A stretch of DNA of 61,406 nt from a virus (lineage: Duplodnaviria; Caudoviricetes): positions 1-61,406 of the IMG/VR virus record IMGVR_UViG_3300032323_001121. One strand, given 5' to 3'. The translations under genes and the position numbers were made by a program. The notes under the pieces were generated by a model, which had not been told where the DNA came from, did no database searches, and saw nothing but the letters and a program-made list of their open reading frames with translations. Of the stretch, positions 40,488-46,953 are shown piece after piece (the stretch's first letter is position 1; every line of letters begins with the position of its first letter).

Positions 40488-40526
40488 GGTGGTTGAGAGA
40501 CCACCAGCACCTTGACAACTGAATAA
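40488..40526 (+). promoter_or_regulatory. boxB-like hairpin plus boxA-like antitermination signal
   Basis: GGTGGTT-GAGA-GACCACC followed by GCACCTTGACAACTGAATA. Confidence 0.55.
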
Positions 40527-40541
40527 TTACCATATTTTATT

Positions 40542-40614
40542 GGGTCGTTGGCAGATCGGTTTTATGCACCCGGCTTTTAACCGGTAGAGAGAGGTTCAAC
40601 TCCTCTACGACCCA
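40542..40614 (+). tRNA. tRNA-Lys(TTT)
   Basis: Cloverleaf, loop CTTTTAA. Confidence 0.9.
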
Positions 40615-40652
40615 TTGACCGCCGTAGTTCGGTCATTAAACATAAACTATTC

Positions 40653-40735
40653 GGGTAGGTGTCCGAGTGGTTGAAGGAGGGAGACTGTAAATCTCTTGGT
40701 TCTGTCCATCGTTGGTTCGAATCCAACCCTACCCA
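40653..40735 (+). tRNA. tRNA-Tyr(GTA)
   Basis: Loop CTGTAAA, long variable arm. Confidence 0.9.
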
Positions 40736-40739
40736 CCTT

Positions 40740-40811
40740 GACTCTATAATGAAGTGGTTATCATACTTCTCTGTCTAAGAAGAATCACGAGTTCGAATCT
40801 CGTTAGAGTCG
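40740..40811 (+). tRNA. tRNA-Asp(GTC)
   Basis: Loop CTGTCTA. Confidence 0.88.
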
Positions 40812-40815
40812 TCGT

Positions 40816-40887
40816 GTTCCTGTCGTCTAATGGTTAGGACGATGCCCTTTCAAGGCATAAACGAGGGTTCAAATCCCTTCAGGAATA
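40816..40887 (+). tRNA. tRNA-Glu(TTC)
   Basis: Loop CTTTCAA. Confidence 0.88.
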
Positions 40888-40890
40888 CTT

Positions 40891-40964
40891 GGGAACATAG
40901 CTCCAATTGGTAGAGCACTTGATTGAAGATCAAGGTGTTATCGGTTCAAATCCGATTGTTCCCA
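40891..40964 (+). tRNA. tRNA-Phe(GAA)
   Basis: Loop TTGAAGA. Confidence 0.9.
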
Positions 40965-40968
40965 CCTT

Positions 40969-41041
40969 GGAAACATAGCTTAGTTGGTAAAGCATTCGAC
41001 TGATAATCGAAAGACCACTGGTTCAAGTCCAGTTGTTTCCA
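40969..41041 (+). tRNA. tRNA-Ile(GAT)
   Basis: Loop CTGATAA. Confidence 0.9.
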
Positions 41042-41044
41042 CTT

Positions 41045-41135
41045 GGGAGAGCACCTTGGATGGTGAGCACGACGGTGTTAGAGACGGTTCGATTCCGTCC
41101 TTTGGCAATGGTGGTTCGATTCCACCTTCTCCCCA
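41045..41135 (+). ncRNA. tRNA-like RNA with two T-loop arms and no anticodon loop
   Basis: Acceptor GGGAGAG/TTCTCCC; GACGG-TTCGATT-CCGTC and GGTGG-TTCGATT-CCACC. Confidence 0.6.
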
Positions 41136-41138
41136 CTT

Positions 41139-41226
41139 GGAAGATTGGCTGAGTGGCCGAAAGCAGCGGTTTGCTAAACCGCCGAGGGGAAAAACCCCTC
41201 CGAGGGTTCGAATCCTTCATCTTCCG
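41139..41226 (+). tRNA. tRNA-Ser(GCT)
   Basis: Loop TTGCTAA, long variable arm. Confidence 0.9.
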
Positions 41227-41230
41227 CCTT

Positions 41231-41302
41231 GGCAGTATAGTTCAGTGATAGAACAGAAGATTCATACCCTTCTCGTCGGTGGTTTGATTCCATCTACTGC
41301 CT
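41231..41302 (+). tRNA. tRNA-Met/Ile2(CAT)
   Basis: Loop TTCATAC; acceptor GGCAGTA/TACTGCC. Confidence 0.78.
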
Positions 41303-41303
41303 T

Positions 41304-41377
41304 GTGTCGGTAGCATAATTGGTTAATGCGCTAGATTGTGAATCTAGTTTATGCGGGTTCAAGTCCCGTCCTTCACC
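41304..41377 (+). tRNA. tRNA-His(GTG)
   Basis: Loop TTGTGAA; two acceptor-stem mismatches. Confidence 0.78.
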
Positions 41378-41380
41378 TTT

Positions 41381-41452
41381 GCCCTTATAGCTCAGTGGTA
41401 GAGCAACTCACTAGTAATGAGTAGGTCGCTAGTTCAAATCTAGTTGAGGGCT
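41381..41452 (+). tRNA. tRNA-Thr(AGT)
   Basis: ACTCA-CTAGTAA-TGAGT anticodon arm. Confidence 0.85.
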
Positions 41453-41486
41453 CTCAACTATCTGGAAATTCCAGATAGTTCAATAT

Positions 41487-41560
41487 GTCTAGGTGGCAGA
41501 GTGGTCGAATGCGGAAGTCTGCAAAACTTCTTATCGTGGGTTCGAATCCCACCCTAGACT
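41487..41560 (+). tRNA. tRNA-Cys(GCA)
   Basis: Loop CTGCAAA, U73. Confidence 0.9.
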
Positions 41561-41586
41561 CTTGGTTCTTTATGAATCATATTTAA

Positions 41587-41659
41587 TCCCAAGTAGTGTA
41601 ATTGGAAACACGTCTGATTTTGGCTCAGAAGAGTCCAGGTTCGAGCCCTGGCTTGGGAA
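41587..41659 (+). tRNA. tRNA-Gln(TTG)
   Basis: Loop TTTTGGC. Confidence 0.85.
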
Positions 41660-41662
41660 CTC

Positions 41663-41738
41663 GTCCGTGTATCCCAACCTGGCAGAGGAGCAACCCTGAG
41701 AAGGTTGTAATGTGGAGGTTCAAATCCTCTCACGGACA
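41663..41738 (+). tRNA. tRNA-Leu(GAG), short variable loop
   Basis: CAACC-CTGAGAA-GGTTG. Confidence 0.82.
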
Positions 41739-41780
41739 TTGACTTCTGGGATATCTCTGGTATTCTATGAAAGTCATTAA

Positions 41781-41855
41781 GGGCGTGTAGCGCAATTGGT
41801 AGGAGGCACCAGACTTAGAATCTGTACAGTGGAGGTTCAAATCCTCTCACGCCCA
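41781..41855 (+). tRNA. tRNA-Leu(TAG), short variable loop
   Basis: Loop CTTAGAA. Confidence 0.82.
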
Positions 41856-41858
41856 TAT

Positions 41859-41932
41859 GCCGAAGTAATCCAATTGGTAGAGGTGTTCGCCTCAAAAGCG
41901 AAATGTTGTGGGTTCAAATCCCACCTTCGGTA
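41859..41932 (+). tRNA. tRNA-Leu(CAA), short variable loop
   Basis: TTCGC-CTCAAAA-GCGAA. Confidence 0.82.
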
Positions 41933-41953
41933 TTGGATTTTATATCCAAACAC

Positions 41954-42028
41954 GTTGGGATGGTGTAATTGGTAGCACGAAGGTCTCCAAAACTTTTAGT
42001 TAGGGTTCAAGTCCCTATCCCTTCGCCA
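41954..42028 (+). tRNA. tRNA-Trp(CCA)
   Basis: Loop CTCCAAA; acceptor mismatches. Confidence 0.78.
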
Positions 42029-42031
42029 AAT

Positions 42032-42106
42032 GTCCGATTAGCTCAGTCTGGATAGAGCAGGATTCTACGAAAATCAAGGTCATCCGTTCAAATCGGATAT
42101 CGGACT
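42032..42106 (+). tRNA. tRNA-Arg(ACG)
   Basis: Loop CTACGAA. Confidence 0.85.
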
Positions 42107-42218
42107 TGTTGTATAAATACAAATGCCTGAGTTGAGTGGTATCTTTTCAGGTCGGAGGAGGCAGAAATGCCTCTTTCCTGTATAAATAGTATTACCACTC
42201 AACTTCAAGAGCAGAGTT

Positions 42219-42923
42219 ATGCAACTACGTATCTACACGTATAAGATTACGTTTATTGATACTCCATATTATTACTATGGAGTTCATAAAGAAAAATATT
42301 TTGATGAAGAATATTGGGGGTCTCCAATAACAAATAAATGGTGTTGGGAACTATACGAACCAGTAAAACAAATACTAGAATTCTTTAACTATTCAGATGA
42401 AGGTTGGTTAAAAGCAAATCAAATAGAAAAACAACTTATAAAACCATTTTACAATACTGATAAATGGTGTTTGAATGGAAATTGCGGTGGAATTATAACC
42501 TCCGAAATTCTTAGAAAATTTGCTACTGGAAGAACTCACCAGTGTGGAGAAAAAAATAGTCAATATGGAAAAATATGGATTAATGATGGAAACATATCTC
42601 GTAAGATATTGAAAAGTCAAATCATTCCGTATGGATACATAAGAGGGAGATGTAAAACTCAAACTCAAAACTATTGTGTAGACTGTAAAGTTCAAATTGG
42701 GGTTTCGCATTCTAGATGTAATAAATGTTCCTCAATAAAAAGAGGAATGAAATCTAGAAAATTTGAAATATCCAAAGAAGAATTGATGAATCTTATACAA
42801 AATTATCCTATAACTAAAGTTGGAAAAATTTTAGGAGTTAGTGATAATGCTGTAAGAAAACGTTGTAAAACTCTTGGAATTTCTAATTATAATAGATTTT
42901 CACATAAATCTAATAGAAATTGA
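42219..42923 (+). CDS. GIY-YIG-like homing endonuclease with Zn-finger and HTH C-terminus, inside the tRNA array
   Basis: IYTYKITF..PYYYYGVH...YWGS; CxxC..CxxC; KVGKILGVSDNAVRKRCK. Confidence 0.72.
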   Translation: MQLRIYTYKITFIDTPYYYYGVHKEKYFDEEYWGSPITNKWCWELYEPVKQILEFFNYSDEGWLKANQIEKQLIKPFYNTDKWCLNGNCGGIITSEILRKFATGRTHQCGEKNSQYGKIWINDGNISRKILKSQIIPYGYIRGRCKTQTQNYCVDCKVQIGVSHSRCNKCSSIKRGMKSRKFEISKEELMNLIQNYPITKVGKILGVSDNAVRKRCKTLGISNYNRFSHKSNRN

Positions 42924-42987
42924 AAAAAGTTCAAATCCTACAGAAGACGCTTGACTATCTCTTATAGATAGTCTATACTTGATACAT

Positions 42988-43072
42988 GGAAGGTTGACCG
43001 AGTGGTTTATGGTGATAGTCTTGAAAACTATTGAGGGTAAAACCTCCCAGAGTTCGAATCTCTGACCTTCCT
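42988..43072 (+). tRNA. tRNA-Ser(TGA)
   Basis: Loop CTTGAAA, long variable arm; TTGACT-17-TATACT promoter at 42951. Confidence 0.9.
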
Positions 43073-43103
43073 TTGTGCCAGTCCTATGAGTGGCACACAA
43101 CAC

Positions 43104-43132
43104 TTGACATAATACTCGTTATGTATTATACT
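43104..43132 (+). promoter_or_regulatory. Sigma70-type promoter
   Basis: TTGACA-17 nt-TATACT. Confidence 0.7.
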
Positions 43133-43154
43133 TCACTTGTGTGAAGGCAAGTGC

Positions 43155-43225
43155 TGAGAGTGATGCCAAAAGTAAGGCACCCCGACAAGGGATACAGTAG
43201 AAGGATGCGAAACCTTCCACTCTCA
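43155..43225 (+). ncRNA. Aberrant cloverleaf (tRNA-like) RNA
   Basis: TGAGAGTG/CACTCTCA closing stem around three hairpins. Confidence 0.5.
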
Positions 43226-43231
43226 CAAAAT

Positions 43232-43306
43232 GCGAAATTAATTCAGCGGTAGAATGTCTGCCTTCCAAGCAGAACGTCAGGAGTTCGAATCTCCTATTTC
43301 GCTCCA
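43232..43306 (+). tRNA. tRNA-Gly(TCC)
   Basis: Loop CTTCCAA; encoded CCA. Confidence 0.9.
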
Positions 43307-43379
43307 GGGAGATTGGCGCAGTGGTTAGAGTATTTGATTTACATTCAAAGAGTCCACAGTTCGAATCTGTGATTTCCCA
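43307..43379 (+). tRNA. tRNA-Val(TAC)
   Basis: Loop TTTACAT. Confidence 0.85.
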
Positions 43380-43424
43380 TAAAGTTCAAATCATATAAAT
43401 AGATTTGAACTTTAACAAAATGCT

Positions 43425-43754
43425 ATGCCTGCCAAAGATATGAAAACATACCAAAAAGAATGGTATGAAAAAAAGAAAGATTCTGGATTTGATGTTGCTG
43501 CTCAATCAAAAATTGCTAGACAACGGAAAAGAGAATGGTATAATACCATTATGTCAGATAAATCTTGTGGCAGATGTGGAGAAAGTGATAATGCTTGTTT
43601 AGACTGGCATCACATTGACCCATCACAAAAAGAGGCATCAGTAGGATATATGCTATGTAATAATAGCAAAAAAACAATTATGGAAGAAATACAAAAATGT
43701 ATTTGTCTGTGTTCTAATTGTCACAGAAAACTCCATTACTATAACCGGGATTAG
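43425..43754 (+). CDS. HNH endonuclease; stop codon lies inside tRNA-Pro
   Basis: CGRCGE...LDWHHIDP...KCICLCSNCHRKLH. Confidence 0.85.
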   Translation: MPAKDMKTYQKEWYEKKKDSGFDVAAQSKIARQRKREWYNTIMSDKSCGRCGESDNACLDWHHIDPSQKEASVGYMLCNNSKKTIMEEIQKCICLCSNCHRKLHYYNRD

Positions 43755-43819
43755 CGCAGTTTGGTTAGCGCATCTGCTTTGGGAGCAGAGGGTCGCAGGT
43801 TCGAATCCTGCATCTCGGA
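43745..43819 (+). tRNA. tRNA-Pro(TGG)
   Basis: Loop TTTGGGA. Confidence 0.9.
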
Positions 43820-43860
43820 CTTGGAGACTAAATATCTCCAAAATCTATATTATTCTTTTT

Positions 43861-44173
43861 ATGTCTCTTATTTCACAACAAGACCGAGAACTTGCTATTG
43901 AAGCATTGGATTTCTACCTCTTCAGTAAAGGTAACGACTTCACTGAAGCAAAGAGAGCAGAAGTAAATGCTCTTCTTAATTGGATTAAAATTGAGAAATC
44001 TAAGCATGAACATTAAACTCTGGTATTGCGATTCAATGAAACAATGGCGTTGGACATTAACAGATTGTTCTCGTCCAATCATCAAACAAGAATCAGGACA
44101 ACAACCAGATTTGAGAGATGCTATGAATGATGTAGCAACAACAGTTGAGTTTATGTTAGACCATAAACTTTAA
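43861..44173 (+). other. Two small hypothetical ORFs (43861-44016; 44006-44173)
   Basis: MSLISQQDRELAIEAL...; MNIKLWYCDSMKQWRWTL... Confidence 0.55.
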
Positions 44174-44183
44174 ACTTTTATAA

Positions 44184-44255
44184 TCCCCTGTAGTTCAGTG
44201 GTAGAACTCAAAACTGTTAATTTTGCTGTCTCTGGTTCGAATCCAGACGGGGGAG
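44184..44255 (+). tRNA. tRNA-Asn(GTT)
   Basis: Loop CTGTTAA. Confidence 0.88.
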
Positions 44256-44279
44256 TTGAAGTCTTAAGACTTCAAATAA

Positions 44280-45006
44280 CGCAGACGAGTGTAAAGGTAG
44301 CACTCGATTTAATTTGATAAATTCTTACAATTTTCAAAGTGCCATCTTTTCATTGCTCGTTCACCTCCAAGTTTATGGCAATGAGGACACTTAATTGTAT
44401 TTTGTTTCTTATCAATTAAAGACAAAGATATCTTCATCTTTGTCTCTTCGGATAGGTTTATATTACCATCATTAAAACGACACAAAGCATTTTTTCTTGC
44501 TTGCGTAGAATTTCCTTTCATATAATTATTTTTAGACATTTTTTCTCTTGTTTCTGGTGATACTGGTCTATCTTTAATTTTTAGGGAAATTTTATCTTTC
44601 GTTTCTTTTGTATGAGTTTTATTTAAAAAATGAGGACCACCTTCTCCTCCAACTCCAATATTATAAGTATTTTTATCTTTTACTAATTCTTCATTGACAA
44701 GTTCTTTTTCTTTATTGTTCATATCTTGTTCTGTGTGGAATACATATAAAATTTCTTTTTTGAAATTTTCTTTTCCATATTTTTTAATTGATTTTATTAA
44801 TTTTGCACCGGACCCGATATATCCATCATTCAAATTTTCTGTTTGATGTTTTCCAATATAATACTTGTCATTTATTAAATTTGTAGTTTTGTAGATGGTA
44901 TAAAACATATATTTACCTTTATATATATTTATAAGAGCAGAGAGTTTTGTGCTAACCATTACTTAATATTATGTAATGGGACGGAGTTCAATTCTCTGGT
45001 CTGCCA
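44280..45006 (+). pseudogene. tRNA-like gene split by an inverted endonuclease insertion
   Basis: 5' half GCAGAC plus D-arm (44281-44305); 3' half CGGAG-TTCAATT-CTCTG-GTCTGCCA (44982-45006). Confidence 0.5.
44309..44908 (-). CDS. GIY-YIG (Seg-like) homing endonuclease with NUMOD3 and Zn-ribbon
   Basis: MFYTIYKTTNLINDKYYIGKH...YIGSG...KKYG.ENF.KEIL; CPHC; TATAAATA upstream on the minus strand. Confidence 0.85.
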   Translation of the reverse strand: MFYTIYKTTNLINDKYYIGKHQTENLNDGYIGSGAKLIKSIKKYGKENFKKEILYVFHTEQDMNNKEKELVNEELVKDKNTYNIGVGGEGGPHFLNKTHTKETKDKISLKIKDRPVSPETREKMSKNNYMKGNSTQARKNALCRFNDGNINLSEETKMKISLSLIDKKQNTIKCPHCHKLGGERAMKRWHFENCKNLSN

Positions 45007-45007
45007 C

Positions 45008-45080
45008 GGGGGCATAGCTCAATTGATAGAGCATTCGGTTTGCAACCGAAAGGTTTCGAGTTTGAACCTCGATGCTTCCA
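45008..45080 (+). tRNA. tRNA-Ala(TGC)
   Basis: Loop TTTGCAA, G3:U70. Confidence 0.9.
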
Positions 45081-45118
45081 TACTTGACTTATAAAACTCT
45101 TTATGCTACTATATAAAG

Positions 45119-45360
45119 AGTTCAAGAGGATAAACCTCTATATTCCAACACATCGGGGCAGTACCGATTATCTCCATTTCAAGGGGATAAAATAGAATCG
45201 ACTGGGATGTATGTATTATCTGTTGACGGAACAAACAAACAAACGCAAACAACATTGTTGCTTTCTCTCGTCAAACAGTTTCTGTTTGAACTAAACGAGT
45301 GAGGGGGTTATAAGTTTCCTTCTTACCCAAAACTTACAAGGAGGTGTAATGCCTCCTATT
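45119..45360 (+). ncRNA. ssrA: Circularly permuted (two-piece) tmRNA; tag ANNIVAFSRQTVSV*
   Basis: Acceptor piece ends ATCGG-GGCAGTA-CCGAT-TATCTCCA (45176); coding piece starts GGGGATA (45183) with G3:U70; TGGGATGTA/TATATTCCA helix; tag 45245-45289; promoter 45084-45112; terminator ~45339-45364. Confidence 0.88.
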
Positions 45361-45473
45361 TTTGTGCCTTGTGCCACTATGGGGACTGACACACGATACC
45401 CCCATAGCACTCAAAGACCTGCTATGATTATGGAGTAATCAAAACAATTGACGGAAATCGTCAGAAAAACATT

Positions 45474-46097
45474 ATGACAAATTTGAATCAATTTTTCAAA
45501 GAAATTCTTGAACTTGATTTTGTGTCTGGAGGTTATCAAGTATCAGAACACGAAATTGCTGTAGAAAATGCTTTGATTTCTAATGGATTTTTGAAATCAA
45601 AAATTAAAAAAATTACAAAATTACAACGTGATTTGGCACTTAATGGTGGTGATATTTTTGATTTAAAGGAGGGAGAATACATTTCACAACCGACAGGAAA
45701 AAATGATAGTCCAGATTTTATTATAAGGTATAAAGGAAAACTTTATTTTATTGAATGTAAATCTTCCAACAAGACTTATCCCGTTTATAATGGTGGACTT
45801 CCAAAAGAAGAATATATCTACATCTTTACGAGTAAAGCAACTAATGAGACTACAATTTTTTATGGTAAAGATGTAGTGTCATTAGAAAAGAGAGAACTAT
45901 ATTCAAAATTGCTTGTGGAATTAAATGAAATTCTGCATAAATATCAAAACATGCCAGAATGGAAAGATGATTCTCGTGGATTTGACTATTATATTAGAAA
46001 TATGTATACTCAATCTGGTGGGTCTGAAAAGACTGATTACTTTACACACAAAGAGAGGTTAATCTGTGAACAAAACGTTCTCAATTCTATTAGGTGA
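45474..46097 (+). CDS. PD-(D/E)xK nuclease, putative restriction endonuclease
   Basis: QP.G...SPDFII...FIECKS; overlaps the MTase gene. Confidence 0.6.
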   Translation: MTNLNQFFKEILELDFVSGGYQVSEHEIAVENALISNGFLKSKIKKITKLQRDLALNGGDIFDLKEGEYISQPTGKNDSPDFIIRYKGKLYFIECKSSNKTYPVYNGGLPKEEYIYIFTSKATNETTIFYGKDVVSLEKRELYSKLLVELNEILHKYQNMPEWKDDSRGFDYYIRNMYTQSGGSEKTDYFTHKERLICEQNVLNSIR

Positions 46098-46953
46098 TTC
46101 TAAAGAAGTGTTATCTAATTACGAAGATAATACTTTTCATAGTTGTATCACCGATCCCCCTTATGGAATGAATATGGACCATTGGGATCATTCAGTTCCT
46201 TCCGTAGACATCTGGGTTGAAGTGTTTCGCACACTTCGCCCAGGTGCTTTTTGCTTAGCATTTTGTTCTCCAGAACTTTATCATCGTCTGGCATGTAATG
46301 TAGAGGATGCTGGATTTAAAATTAAAGATCAAATTATGTGGATGACCACTACTAAAATGCCCAAACATAATAGATTGAAACCAGCACATGAACCAATAGT
46401 AGTAGCACAAAAACCATATCAAGGAACACTTCAAAATAATTTTGAGAAGTGGGGATGTGGTTTAATTGATACTGAAAATACTAGAGTGCCATGGGATAAG
46501 AAACCACCAACAGGTTGGGTAAAAGATGGTGCTAAACGTCGTACATTTGGACGTGATGGAAAAACTACAGGAACACAAGAAGAGTTTGGAACTGTAGATG
46601 CTAACCCTGCTGGTAGATATCCTTCTAATATCATTGGTGATGTATTACCAGAACATCAAAAATATTTTTATGCTCCTCGTGCCACAAGAAAAGAAAAGGG
46701 ATCAGATAATGACCATCCAACAGTTAAACCAATTGACTTGATGGCATATTTGATTAAAGTGTATTCTCCAAAAGAAACTATAGTATTAGATCCTTTTTGT
46801 GGAAGTGGATCTACTGGTGTTGCTGCTCTTCAAGAAAACAGAAAGTTTGTTGGAATAGATTTATCTTCACATTATGTTGACATTTCAACAAAAAGGTGTG
46901 CAGACTTGGAACTGGCACACAAGACCTCCAATGCCCTTGCAGACCTGCTATAA
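46066..46953 (+). CDS. Beta-class N6A/N4C DNA methyltransferase
   Basis: ITDPPY N-terminal; HPTVKP..L and LDPFCGSGSTG C-terminal. Confidence 0.9.
   Translation: MNKTFSILLGDSKEVLSNYEDNTFHSCITDPPYGMNMDHWDHSVPSVDIWVEVFRTLRPGAFCLAFCSPELYHRLACNVEDAGFKIKDQIMWMTTTKMPKHNRLKPAHEPIVVAQKPYQGTLQNNFEKWGCGLIDTENTRVPWDKKPPTGWVKDGAKRRTFGRDGKTTGTQEEFGTVDANPAGRYPSNIIGDVLPEHQKYFYAPRATRKEKGSDNDHPTVKPIDLMAYLIKVYSPKETIVLDPFCGSGSTGVAALQENRKFVGIDLSSHYVDISTKRCADLELAHKTSNALADLL

Noticed and set aside
40984-41739. ORFs 40984, 41023, 41493 and 41554 in the ORF track
   Set aside because: They overlap clear tRNA genes.
41781-41855. Suppressor tRNA or stop-codon recoding
   Set aside because: Anticodons TAG, TAA and TGA read CUA, UUA and UCA. 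No CTA/TTA/TCA anticodon was seen, and ORFs are intact in the standard code.
42925-42950. GTTCAAATCCTACAGAAGACG as a tRNA
   Set aside because: Only a T-loop/3' fragment with no matching 5' half visible; at most a remnant left by the endonuclease insertion.
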